From NCBI GenBank assembly GCA_017428025.1, contig JAFRRO010000066.1, positions 2,853 through 66,852 on the forward strand: DNA of 64,000 bases, written 5' to 3'. Origin of the DNA: Clostridia bacterium. Lineage in GTDB: Bacteria > Bacillota > Clostridia > Christensenellales > CAG-138. Below are positions 16,854 through 26,163 of the stretch, piece after piece. Numbering within the stretch: position 1 is the stretch's first letter; the number at the start of each line of letters is the position of its first letter. A program made the translations under genes and the position numbers. The notes below the pieces were generated by a model. It saw nothing but the letters and a program-made list of their open reading frames with translations, ran no database searches and was not told where the DNA came from.

Positions 16854-18182
16854 ATGATCCTGATCGGGAACGGCAGACTGGTGACGCGCAACGGCGCGGA
16901 GTTCTTTGAAAACGGCGCGGCCGCGGTCGACGGACGCTATATCAAAGAGGTCGGAACGACGGCGGAGCTGAAGGCGAAGTATCCGGACGCGGAGTGGATC
17001 GATGCGCACGGCGGCGTGATCATGCCGGGGCTCATCAACATGCACAACCACATCTACAGCGCGTTTGCAAGAGGTCTTTCGATCCGCGGCTATAACCCGC
17101 ACAACTTCAACGATATTTTAGAGGGCATGTGGTGGAAGATCGACCGCTGCCTTACGAAGGAGAACGATGCTCTCTCCGCAAAAGCCGTGTATGCCGACTG
17201 CATCAAAAACGGCGTGACGACCGTGTTCGACCATCACGCAAGCTTTTTTGACATCCCGGGCTCTTTGGATGAGATCAGCGATGCCGCAAAGGAGTTCGGC
17301 GTGCGCACCTCGCTCTGCTACGAGGTAAGCGATCGCGACGGCGAGGAGAAGCGTATGCAGTCGATCCTCGAAAACGAGCGCTTCATCAAGAAAGCGGCGC
17401 AGGACGACAGCGATATGCAAAAGGGCATGATGGGCCTGCACGCGGCGTTCACGCTCTCCGATAAGACGCTTGAGGACTGCCTTGCGCACGGCGGAAAGGA
17501 AGCGGGCTTCCATGTGCACTGCGCCGAGGGACCGGGGGATTTGCAGGATTCTCTGGACAAGTACGGCAAGCGCATCATCACGCGCTTCTACGACGCGGGC
17601 ATTCTCGGCAGCAGGACGCTTGCGATCCATTGCGTACACATCAACAAAGCCGAGATGGAGCTTCTGAAAGCCACCGACACGGCGGTTGTGCACAATCCCG
17701 AATCCAACATGGGCAACGCGGTCGGCTGCGGTCCGGTCATCCATATGAAGAAGCTCGGTCTGCTCTTAGGTCTCGGCACCGACGGCTACACGAACGACAT
17801 GCTCGAAAGCTACAAGGTCGGCAACATCATCCACAAGCATCATCTCTGCGATCCGACGGTTGCGTGGGGCGAGATTCCCGATATGCTGTTCAACGGGAAC
17901 GCCGCGATTGCGGGCAGATACTTCAACGCGCCGCTCGGCGTGCTGAAACCCGGCGCGTACGCGGACGTGATCGTGACCGACTACGATCCGCTGACGCCGA
18001 TGGACGGGAACAATGTCAATTCGCACATCCTGTTCGGCATGAACGGCAGATCCGTCGTGACGACGATGTGCAACGGCAGGGTTTTGATGAAGGATCGCGA
18101 GCTGCTGGTTTGCGACGAAAAGGAACTCATGGCAAAATGCCGCGAGAGCGCGAAGAAGCTCTGGGCGGCGGTCAATGCATAA
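16854..18182 (+). CDS. ssnA: Putative aminohydrolase SsnA (amidohydrolase superfamily)
   Basis: Metal motif PGLINMHNHIY, length 442 aa, directly upstream of a ygfK homologue. Confidence 0.75.
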   Translation: MILIGNGRLVTRNGAEFFENGAAAVDGRYIKEVGTTAELKAKYPDAEWIDAHGGVIMPGLINMHNHIYSAFARGLSIRGYNPHNFNDILEGMWWKIDRCLTKENDALSAKAVYADCIKNGVTTVFDHHASFFDIPGSLDEISDAAKEFGVRTSLCYEVSDRDGEEKRMQSILENERFIKKAAQDDSDMQKGMMGLHAAFTLSDKTLEDCLAHGGKEAGFHVHCAEGPGDLQDSLDKYGKRIITRFYDAGILGSRTLAIHCVHINKAEMELLKATDTAVVHNPESNMGNAVGCGPVIHMKKLGLLLGLGTDGYTNDMLESYKVGNIIHKHHLCDPTVAWGEIPDMLFNGNAAIAGRYFNAPLGVLKPGAYADVIVTDYDPLTPMDGNNVNSHILFGMNGRSVVTTMCNGRVLMKDRELLVCDEKELMAKCRESAKKLWAAVNA

Positions 18183-18194
18183 AGGAGGCAGACG

Positions 18195-21170
18195 ATGTCC
18201 GATCGAATGACGCCGATCCCGTTTCGGGAACTGATGGAATGGGTACTTTCCGAGTATAAGACCGGCAGCGTGTTCGGGATCAAGCGCCCGTACCGGCCGG
18301 TGCCGAACAAGCTGCTTTCGATCTTCGGCGAGACGATGGAAACGCCCTTCGGTCCCGCCGCAGGTCCGAACACGCAGCTTACGCAGAATATCCTTGCCGC
18401 GTACTATGCGGGCAGCCGGTTCTTTGAGCTCAAGACCGTGCAGATCATGGACGGCGACGAGCTTGCCGCCTGCATCGGCAAGCCCTGCATCGTGGCGAAG
18501 GACGAGTGCTATAACTGCGAATGGTCGACCGAACTCACCGTCCCGCAGGCGCTCGAAGAATACGTCAAGGCATGGTTCATGCTCAAGCTCTTCACAAAGG
18601 AATTCGGCTGGGGCGATCCGGACGGCTTCATCTTCAACATGAGCGTCGGCTACGACTTTGCGGGCATCACGTCCCCGAAGATCGACGCGTTCATCGAGGG
18701 CTTGAAGGACGCGAGCGCAACTGCGATCTGGCGCGAGTGCATGGAGTGGGCAAAGGCGAACCTCGACCGCTTCGAACACATCGACGAGGCGTACCTTGCT
18801 TCGATCAATCCGCATATCTGCACGTCGATCACGCTGTCCACGCTCCACGGCTGTCCGCCGCAGGAGATCGAGCGCATCGCAAGCTATCTCATCGATACGA
18901 AGCATCTGAACACGTTCGTCAAGTGCAATCCGACGATCCTCGGATACGCCTATGCGCGCAAAACGCTCGACGATCTCGGGTTCGACTACGTCGTGTTCGA
19001 CGAGCATCATTTCAACGAGGATCTGCAGTATCGCGACGCGGTCCCGATGTTCCGTCGCCTGCTTGCGCTTGCAAAGGAGAACGGCGTCACGTTCGGACTG
19101 AAGCTTTCCAACACCTTCCCGGTCGACGTCACGCAGGGCGAGCTTCCGAGCAACGAAATGTACATGTCCGGCCGCGCGCTCTATCCGCTGACCATCGAAA
19201 TGGCAAAGCGCATGAGCGAGGAGTTTGACGGCAAACTGCGTCTGTCGTTCTCGGGCGGCATCGACGCATTCAACATTGTGCCGCTGTTCGAAGCCGGCAT
19301 CTGGCCGATCACGCTTGCGACGACGATCCTGAAGCCCGGCGGCTATCAGCGCCTGAAGCAGCTCGGCGAGCTCTGCGACGCGCTGCCGTACGAACCGTTT
19401 ACCGGCGTATCGGTCGGCAAGGTCGCGCTTCTTTCGAAGCAGGCGCGCGCATCGGTGCGCAACACGAAGCCCGTAAAGCCGCAGCCGAAGCGCAAGCTCG
19501 ACGACAAGGTTCCGCTGTTCGACTGTTTCACCGCGCCGTGTACGCACGGCTGCCCGATCGGACAGGACATCCCGCAGTATATCGAACTGGTCGGAAAAGG
19601 CGAATACGAAAAAGCGCTGAAGCTCATCGTCGAAAAGAACCCGCTGCCGTTCATCACCGGCACGATCTGTCCGCATCACTGCGCGGAGAAGTGCACGAGA
19701 AACTTTTATGAAGAAGCGATCCGCATCCGCAGAGCGAAGCTCACCGCGGCGGAGAACGGCTTTGACGCGCTGATCAAGGAACTGAAACCGCAGGCGAAAA
19801 CCGGCAGGCGCGTTGCGGTGATCGGCGGCGGTCCCGCGGGCATGGCGGCGGCGTTCTTCCTTGCGCGGCAGGGCGCAAGCGTCACGCTGTTCGAAAAACG
19901 CGCAAAGCTCGGCGGCGTCGTCCGCTATGTGATTCCGGAATTCCGCATCGGCGGCGACGCGATCGACCGCGATGCGAAGCTGCTCGAAGCGATGGACGTC
20001 GACATCCGCACCGGCACGGCAGCGCCGAGCGCGGACGCGCTGTTCGGCGAAGGCTATCAGGCGATCGTCTATGCGGTCGGCGCATGGGCGGAGAGCAGAA
20101 TGAAGCTCGAAAAGGGCGAGGCGATGAACGTCATCCGCTTCCTCGAGGCGAGCAAGGCGGGCACGCTGGAACCGCTCGGCGAAAACGTCGTCGTGATCGG
20201 CGGCGGCAACACCGCCATGGACGCGGCGCGCGCCGCAAAGCGCGAAAAGGGCGTCAAGCGCGTCATGCTCGTGTATCGCCGCAACGCGCGGTACATGCCC
20301 GCGGACGAGGAGGAGCTTCTGCTTGCGAAGGAGGACGGCGTCGAATTCTGCGAACTGCTTGCGCCGGTTGCGCTCGAAGACGGCAGGCTGCTGTGCAATA
20401 TCATGAAGCTCGGCGAACCGGATGAAAGCGGCAGACGCGCGCCGGTCGAAACGGGCGAGACGGTCAAGCTGCCGTGCGATACGCTGATCGCGGCGGTCGG
20501 CGAAAAGATCGAAACCGGACTCTTTGCCCAAAACGGCATTGCGCTGACCGAGCGCGGCAAGGTCCGAACCGACGCAAACCTGATGACCGATCGCGAGAAC
20601 GTCTATGTGATCGGCGACTGCAACCGCGGTCCCGCGACGGTCGTCGAAGGCATTGCGGACGCGCGCAAGGTCGCGGACGCGATCGTCGGCAAATATTCTT
20701 ATGAAATCCCCGAAGAAGCGCATTCCTGCGAGGCGGCGTGCTTCGAGAAGCAGGCGATTCTGAAGGACTACGAGCAGGCGGAGAAGGAACACAACCGCTG
20801 TCTCAACTGCGGCACGGTCTGCGAATGCTGCGTGCAGGTTTGCCCGAACCGCGCAAACGTTGCGATCAAAGTGCCGGGCAAGTGCATGCCGCAGATTCTG
20901 CACGTCGACCGCATGTGCAATGAGTGCGGCAACTGCCTCGTGTTCTGCCCGTACGATTCCAAACCGTACAAGGAGAAGTTCACGCTGTTTTCTACCGAAG
21001 CCGAGTTCGACGGCTCAGAAAACAAGGGCTTCCTTCCGCTTTCGGAACGCGTCGTCAAGCTGCGGCTCGACGGCGTCCGAACGGTCGATCTCGACCGCGA
21101 CGCGATCGATCCCGACGCGAAAGCGCTGATCGAAACGGTTTGGAAGGCGTATCATTACTTGATCGGCTGA
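18195..21170 (+). CDS. ygfK: YgfK-type Fe-S/FAD/NAD(P) oxidoreductase (putative selenate reductase subunit YgfK family)
   Basis: 991 aa. It has an N-terminal DHOD/DPD-like barrel, a GltD-like region (VAVIGGGPAGMAAAFFLA, VVVIGGGNTAMDAAR) and C-terminal Cys clusters. Confidence 0.75.
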   Translation: MSDRMTPIPFRELMEWVLSEYKTGSVFGIKRPYRPVPNKLLSIFGETMETPFGPAAGPNTQLTQNILAAYYAGSRFFELKTVQIMDGDELAACIGKPCIVAKDECYNCEWSTELTVPQALEEYVKAWFMLKLFTKEFGWGDPDGFIFNMSVGYDFAGITSPKIDAFIEGLKDASATAIWRECMEWAKANLDRFEHIDEAYLASINPHICTSITLSTLHGCPPQEIERIASYLIDTKHLNTFVKCNPTILGYAYARKTLDDLGFDYVVFDEHHFNEDLQYRDAVPMFRRLLALAKENGVTFGLKLSNTFPVDVTQGELPSNEMYMSGRALYPLTIEMAKRMSEEFDGKLRLSFSGGIDAFNIVPLFEAGIWPITLATTILKPGGYQRLKQLGELCDALPYEPFTGVSVGKVALLSKQARASVRNTKPVKPQPKRKLDDKVPLFDCFTAPCTHGCPIGQDIPQYIELVGKGEYEKALKLIVEKNPLPFITGTICPHHCAEKCTRNFYEEAIRIRRAKLTAAENGFDALIKELKPQAKTGRRVAVIGGGPAGMAAAFFLARQGASVTLFEKRAKLGGVVRYVIPEFRIGGDAIDRDAKLLEAMDVDIRTGTAAPSADALFGEGYQAIVYAVGAWAESRMKLEKGEAMNVIRFLEASKAGTLEPLGENVVVIGGGNTAMDAARAAKREKGVKRVMLVYRRNARYMPADEEELLLAKEDGVEFCELLAPVALEDGRLLCNIMKLGEPDESGRRAPVETGETVKLPCDTLIAAVGEKIETGLFAQNGIALTERGKVRTDANLMTDRENVYVIGDCNRGPATVVEGIADARKVADAIVGKYSYEIPEEAHSCEAACFEKQAILKDYEQAEKEHNRCLNCGTVCECCVQVCPNRANVAIKVPGKCMPQILHVDRMCNECGNCLVFCPYDSKPYKEKFTLFSTEAEFDGSENKGFLPLSERVVKLRLDGVRTVDLDRDAIDPDAKALIETVWKAYHYLIG

Positions 21171-21188
21171 ACGCCGAAAGGAGAGCAT

Positions 21189-23753
21189 ATGGCGAGCTTT
21201 ATCGTCAACGGACAGCCGGTCAGCTGTCCCGAAAACAAAAAACTGATCCGCTTTCTGCGCGACGACCTGCACCTGACGAGCGTCAAAAACGGCTGCTCGG
21301 AGGGCGCGTGCGGCACCTGTACCGTTCTGATCGACGGCAAGGCGACCAAGGCGTGCGTGCAGCAGACCGACCGCATGGAGGGCAAAACGGTCGTCACCTG
21401 CGAGGGGCTGACCGCGCGCGAGCGCGAAGTCTACGCCTATGCGTTCACCGAGGCGGGCGCCGTGCAATGCGGCTTCTGCACGCCCGGCATGGTGATGGCG
21501 GCAAAGGGGCTCATTGACCGCAATCCCGATCCGACGCCTTCGGAGGTCAAGGACGCGATCCGCATGAACATCTGCCGCTGCACCGGCTACAAGAAGATCG
21601 AAGAAGCGATCCTTCTGGCGGCGCGGGTGTTCCGCGGCGGCGAGGACGTCCCGCATCGGGTGCTCAAGGGCATCGTGGGCGAGAACCTCGACCGCGTCGA
21701 TGCGCCGGGAAAAGCGCTCGGCGACGCGAAATACGCGGACGATCTGTATCTGGACGGCATGCTGCACGGCACGGCGGTGCGCAGCGCGTATCCGCGCGCC
21801 CGCGTGCTGTCGATTGACACGTCTGCGGCAAAAGCGGCACCCGGCGTCGTGTGCGTACTGACCGCCGAGGACATCCCCGGAACGGTCAAGATCGGGCATC
21901 TCAAGCAGGACTACGACGTGATGATTCCGGTCGGGAAAATCACGCATTTTCTCGGCGACGCAGTTGCGCTCGTCGCTGCCGAAACCGACGAACAGGCACG
22001 CGCCGCGGCGGCGCTGGTCAAGGTCGCATACGAGGAGCTTCCGCCCGTGCTCAATATGGCGGACGGGCTGAAGGACGAGATTCTGGTGCACGAATCGAAC
22101 GGCACGAACGTGCTTTCGCATGAGCATCTCGTCCGCGGCAACGCCGACGAGGTCATCCGCAACAGCAAGTATGTCGTCACGCATCACTATTCGACGCCGC
22201 CCACCGACCATGCGTTTTTGGAACCCGAATGCGCGGTTGCCGTGCGCGAGGGCGACGGCATGCGCATCTTCTCCGGCGATCAGGGCGTCTATCAGACGCG
22301 CAAGGAATGTGCGCAGATGCTGGGGCTTCCGCAGGACAAGGTCCGCGTGACCGCCATGATGGTCGGCGGCGGGTTCGGCGGCAAGGAGGATATGAGCGTG
22401 CAGCATCACGCGGCGCTGCTTGCGTGGCACACGAACCGTCCGGTCAAGGTCGCGTTCACCCGCGCGGAGAGTATTCTTGTGCATCCGAAGCGTCACGCGA
22501 TGGAGATGGATTTCACCACCGCCTGCGACGAAAACGGGTATCTCACCGCCATGAAGGCAACGATCGTGTCCGACACCGGCGCGTATGCGTCGCTCGGCGG
22601 ACCGGTGCTGCAGCGCGCCTGCACGCACGCCGCGGGACCGTATAACTATCAGAACATCGACATCGACGGCAAAGCGATCTATACGAACAACCCGCCGGCG
22701 GGCGCGTTCCGCGGCTTCGGCGTCACGCAAAGCTGCTTTGCCACCGAGTGCAATCTCAACGAGCTGGCCGAGATGGTCGGCATCTCGGCGTTCGAAATGC
22801 GTTACCGCAACGCGATCCGTCCCGGTCAGGTGCTGCCGAACGGACAGGTCGCCGACGAAACGACGGCGCTGGTCGAAACGCTCGACGCCGCGCGCCCGAT
22901 CCTCGAACGCGATCCGAAAGCCGGTATTGCCTGCGCGATGAAAAATGCGGGCCTCGGCGTCGGCATCCCCGACACCGGACGCTGCCGCATCGAGGTCAGG
23001 GGCGGGGAAGTCCTGCTCCATTCGTCCGCGGCGTGCATCGGACAGGGCATGGGTACCGTGCAGACGCAGATGGCGGCGGAGATCCTCGGCATTCCGCACG
23101 ATCGCGTGCGCTACTGCGTGCCGGACACCGCGCTTGCGCCGGATGCGGGCAACACGACCGCGTCGCGCCAGACGCTGTTCACCGGTGAAGCGGTCGTCCG
23201 CGCGGCAAAGCAGGTCAAAGAAGCGCTCGAAAAGGAGGGCTCGTGGGAGGCGCTCGAGGGACGTTCGTTCTTCGGCGAGTACACCGGCGTCACCGACAGG
23301 CTCGGCAGCGACAAGCAGAACCCCGTTTCGCACATCGCCTACGGCTATGCGACGCATGTGGTCGAGCTCAACGACGACGGAACGGTCAAACGCATCACCG
23401 CGATTCACGATCTCGGCGTGGCGGTCAATCCGCGTTCGGCGGAGGGACAGATCGAGGGCGGCGTCATCATGGGGCTCGGCTATGCGCTGACGGAGGATTT
23501 TCCGCTCAAGGACGGCAAGCCGACCGCGAAGTACGGTACGCTTGGTTTGTTCCGCGCGGACAAAACGCCGCCGGTCGAGGCGCGCCTCGTCGAAAAGGCA
23601 ACCAAGGACGGACTTGCCTGCGGCGCAAAGGGCATCGGCGAGATCTGTTCGATCCCGACGGCGCCCGCGGTGCAGAACGCATACTACAACCGCGACGGCG
23701 TGTTCCGCACCAGACTCCCGCTTCCGGACACCCCGTACAGCAGAAAGAAATGA
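21189..23753 (+). CDS. Xanthine-dehydrogenase-family molybdopterin hydroxylase with fused N-terminal [2Fe-2S] domains (XdhD / selenium-dependent XDH-like)
   Basis: GCSEGACGTCTV and QCGFCTPGM 2Fe-2S motifs, then an aldehyde oxidase/XDH a/b hammerhead and MoCo-binding domains (GGGFGGKED). Confidence 0.8.
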   Translation: MASFIVNGQPVSCPENKKLIRFLRDDLHLTSVKNGCSEGACGTCTVLIDGKATKACVQQTDRMEGKTVVTCEGLTAREREVYAYAFTEAGAVQCGFCTPGMVMAAKGLIDRNPDPTPSEVKDAIRMNICRCTGYKKIEEAILLAARVFRGGEDVPHRVLKGIVGENLDRVDAPGKALGDAKYADDLYLDGMLHGTAVRSAYPRARVLSIDTSAAKAAPGVVCVLTAEDIPGTVKIGHLKQDYDVMIPVGKITHFLGDAVALVAAETDEQARAAAALVKVAYEELPPVLNMADGLKDEILVHESNGTNVLSHEHLVRGNADEVIRNSKYVVTHHYSTPPTDHAFLEPECAVAVREGDGMRIFSGDQGVYQTRKECAQMLGLPQDKVRVTAMMVGGGFGGKEDMSVQHHAALLAWHTNRPVKVAFTRAESILVHPKRHAMEMDFTTACDENGYLTAMKATIVSDTGAYASLGGPVLQRACTHAAGPYNYQNIDIDGKAIYTNNPPAGAFRGFGVTQSCFATECNLNELAEMVGISAFEMRYRNAIRPGQVLPNGQVADETTALVETLDAARPILERDPKAGIACAMKNAGLGVGIPDTGRCRIEVRGGEVLLHSSAACIGQGMGTVQTQMAAEILGIPHDRVRYCVPDTALAPDAGNTTASRQTLFTGEAVVRAAKQVKEALEKEGSWEALEGRSFFGEYTGVTDRLGSDKQNPVSHIAYGYATHVVELNDDGTVKRITAIHDLGVAVNPRSAEGQIEGGVIMGLGYALTEDFPLKDGKPTAKYGTLGLFRADKTPPVEARLVEKATKDGLACGAKGIGEICSIPTAPAVQNAYYNRDGVFRTRLPLPDTPYSRKK

Positions 23754-23762
23754 TGATTCATG

Positions 23763-23786
23763 AGACCGCCTTCGGGCGGTCTTTTG
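23763..23786 (+). terminator. Rho-independent terminator
   Basis: Stem GACCGCC / GGCGGTC with loop TTCG, followed by TTTT. Confidence 0.8.
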
Positions 23787-23806
23787 TTTGTTTTGTTTTC
23801 ACAGAA

Positions 23807-23860
23807 ATTACAATTTCATTACATTCGCGCCCCCGCATCCTGTGCGAAATATGGTACACT
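23807..23860 (+). promoter_or_regulatory. Response-regulator box ATTACAATTTCATTACA plus -10 (promoter of the two-component operon)
   Basis: Direct TTACA repeats 11 bp apart (23807-23823), 31 nt, then TGgTACACT extended -10 (23852-23860). Confidence 0.6.
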
Positions 23861-23882
23861 ATAGGGAGAATCGGAGGTTTCT

Positions 23883-24545
23883 ATGAAAAACAGGATTTTG
23901 GTGGTGGAGGACGACGCGGCAATCCGCGACGCGGTGCTTCTGAATCTGCAGTTTGCGGGCTACGAGACGCGCGCGTTCGAGGACGGTGCCGATGCAGCAA
24001 ACGCGCTCGAAGACGATCACGCGTTCGATCTTGCGCTCCTTGACATCATGCTGCCGGGCATGGACGGATTCGAGCTGTTTTCCGTGATGGAGCATTATGG
24101 CATTCCGGTGATCTACATGACCGCAAAGACGGATTCGGCGTCCGAGATCAAGGGACTGAGGGACGGCGCGGAGGATTATATCGTCAAGCCGTTCGATCCG
24201 TTGACGCTGATGGTGCGCATCGAAAAGGTCCTGAAGCGCATCGGTAAGTGGAACGCCGTCTTTCGCGTGCGCGACGTCGTGGTCAATATCGAGACGCATA
24301 CGGTCACAAAGGGCGGGGAGCCGGTCGTGCTGCAGCCGCTCGAATTCGACGTGCTGGTGATGCTGCTGCGGCATAAGAACATGACCGTCTCGCGCGAACG
24401 GCTGCTGAACGAGGTGTGGGGATTCGATTATCTCGGCGAGACGCGCATGGTCGACGTCAAAATCTCCGCGCTGCGCAAAAAGCTCGATCTGGAGGACGCG
24501 ATCCGCGCGATCCCGAAGCTCGGCTACCGGTTGGAGGATCGATAG
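23883..24545 (+). CDS. OmpR/PhoB-family response regulator
   Basis: Receiver domain (VVEDD...DLALLDIMLPGMDG...KTD) and a winged-helix output domain (...KLGYRLE). Confidence 0.9.
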   Translation: MKNRILVVEDDAAIRDAVLLNLQFAGYETRAFEDGADAANALEDDHAFDLALLDIMLPGMDGFELFSVMEHYGIPVIYMTAKTDSASEIKGLRDGAEDYIVKPFDPLTLMVRIEKVLKRIGKWNAVFRVRDVVVNIETHTVTKGGEPVVLQPLEFDVLVMLLRHKNMTVSRERLLNEVWGFDYLGETRMVDVKISALRKKLDLEDAIRAIPKLGYRLEDR

Positions 24546-25928
24546 ATGAAGCTGCATCAACGCATCACGCTGCTCGTTTCGATCGTGCTTGCGGCGGTGA
24601 TCCTTGCGGTATCGCTGTCGCTGCTGCTCTATTCGCGTCAGACGATTCTTGCCATGACGACCGAACAGGTCGAGCGCAAGGAACAGACGTTGCGAAAGTC
24701 CTTCAGTGAGATGGCGCGCTATTATGCGAAAGCCGACGACAGCGAAATCGTGCACGCCTCGCTGATCGATTACTGCTTCTCGCGCTTTGCCGACCAGACC
24801 GCCGTGCTGATGCACGACGGCGAACCGGTCTATACCGGCGTTTCGATCGATCCGTCCGCCTATCTCAAAAAGGACGACACATACCAAACGGAATACGACT
24901 CCGTCGCCTGCAAGGTACACGGGAAAAACCTGTTGATCGCGGGCGGCATGACGAGCATCGGCGCAGAGAACTATACCGTCTATATCGTGGAGGACGTCAC
25001 GGACATCCACACCCGCATCCGGCGCATGTCGCTGATCTATGCGGGCGTCAGCATCCTTGCGCTCTGCATCGGCGCGGGCGCGGTCATGCTGCTGGTCAAG
25101 CGCAGCACGAAACCGGTTGCGGCGCTCTCCGAAGCCGCAAAGGAGATCGCCGACGGCGCGTACGAAAAGCGCGTGGACGTGCAGACCGGAGACGAGATCG
25201 GCGCGCTCGGGCAGGACTTCAACCGCATGGCGGATGCGGTCGAAACAAAGATTTCGGAGCTCGAGGAACGCAACGAGCGGCAGCGCCTGTTCATCGGAGG
25301 CGTCACGCACGAGTTCAAAACCCCGATGACCGGTCTTCTGCTGCATACCGGGCTGTTGCGGCGCGCAAATCTCACCGAGGACGAGCGCGACGCGTCGCTT
25401 GCTCACATCGAAATGCAGACGGCGTGGCTCGAACGGCTGACGCAGAACCTTCTGAAGCTCTTTACCTCCGACGAGGCGATCGAACGCAGCGAAGTCGATC
25501 TGCCCGCGCTGTTTGAAACGGTCAGAGAGGGCGTCGAACCGAAGCTCATCGAGCGCGGCGCGTCGCTTTCGATCGCGTGCGAAACGCAGACGCTTCTCTG
25601 CAATCCCGATCTGATCCGTTCGCTTCTCACCAATCTCATCGTCAACGCCGCAAACGCCTACGACGCGAACGCGCCGGAAAAGCCGATCGCGCTGACCGTC
25701 CGCGGACAAACGATCTCGGTTGCCGATCATGGCAGAGGCATCCCGAAGGAGGCGCAAAGCCGCATCTTCGAGCCGTTCTATCGCGTGGACAAGAGCCGCA
25801 GCAAAAAGCAGGGCGGCAGCGGGCTCGGGCTTGCGCTCGTCAAGGCGATCGCCGATGCGCACGGCGCGACTATCACGGTCGAAAGCGAGCCGGACGTCGG
25901 CACAACGGTTTCGGTGACCTTTCCGTGA
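24546..25928 (+). CDS. Sensor histidine kinase (2 TM, extracytoplasmic domain, HAMP, HisKA, HATPase_c)
   Basis: H-box GGVTHEFKTPMT, N-box NLIVNAANAY, G1 DHGRGI and G2 GGSGLGLA. The start abuts the response regulator stop. Confidence 0.9.
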   Translation: MKLHQRITLLVSIVLAAVILAVSLSLLLYSRQTILAMTTEQVERKEQTLRKSFSEMARYYAKADDSEIVHASLIDYCFSRFADQTAVLMHDGEPVYTGVSIDPSAYLKKDDTYQTEYDSVACKVHGKNLLIAGGMTSIGAENYTVYIVEDVTDIHTRIRRMSLIYAGVSILALCIGAGAVMLLVKRSTKPVAALSEAAKEIADGAYEKRVDVQTGDEIGALGQDFNRMADAVETKISELEERNERQRLFIGGVTHEFKTPMTGLLLHTGLLRRANLTEDERDASLAHIEMQTAWLERLTQNLLKLFTSDEAIERSEVDLPALFETVREGVEPKLIERGASLSIACETQTLLCNPDLIRSLLTNLIVNAANAYDANAPEKPIALTVRGQTISVADHGRGIPKEAQSRIFEPFYRVDKSRSKKQGGSGLGLALVKAIADAHGATITVESEPDVGTTVSVTFP

Positions 25929-25938
25929 TTTCCCGGCG

Positions 25939-26058
25939 CCCCTGTGTAAGGGGAGCTGTCGAGGGTACCGAGACTGAGGGGTTGTAAATCATACAATATT
26001 GTCAAAAACAACCCTTCCGTCTCGCTTCGCGATCCACCTTCCCTTGCACAGGGAAGGC
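25939..26058. repeat. About 120-bp imperfect palindromic element (REP/MITE-like)
   Basis: Arms CCCCTGTGTAAGGGGAGCTG...GAGACTGAGGGGTTGT and ACAACCCTTCCGTCTC...CCTTCCCTTGCACAGGGAAGG match at about 34 of 47 positions (by eye). They flank an AT-rich loop, and each tip forms its own small hairpin. Confidence 0.65.
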
Positions 26059-26081
26059 AAGATTTTGTGAAAACCGGTTTC

Positions 26082-26135
26082 ATTACAATTTCATTACAGT
26101 TTGGTGCGGATTTTTGCACGTTCGCGCGGTATGCT
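26082..26135 (+). promoter_or_regulatory. Identical response-regulator box ATTACAATTTCATTACA plus -10 (promoter of the lipoprotein array)
   Basis: 17 of 17 identity with 23807-23823, 31 nt, then TATGCT (26130-26135). Confidence 0.6.
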
Positions 26136-26163
26136 GAACGCAGAAAACAAAGGAGGCATTGTT

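Noticed and set aside
17766-20903. Very long antisense ORFs. The 1045-aa ORF opposite ygfK is one example. Similar ones lie at 21015-23408, 23859-25862, 28264-29967, 30157-33150, 37729-40893, 42907-45018, 46752-49013, 49149-50963 and 61231-63603.
   Set aside because: Each lies exactly opposite a gene with clear family motifs. The translations are Arg/Ala/Asp/His/Gly-rich and low in complexity, with no recognisable domains. Stop-poor antisense frames are expected in DNA of about 60% GC.
16854-23753. Selenocysteine (in-frame TGA) in the ssnA-ygfK-XDH cluster.
   Set aside because: All three reading frames are uninterrupted from start to stop. No in-frame TGA or SECIS-like hairpin is needed to explain them.
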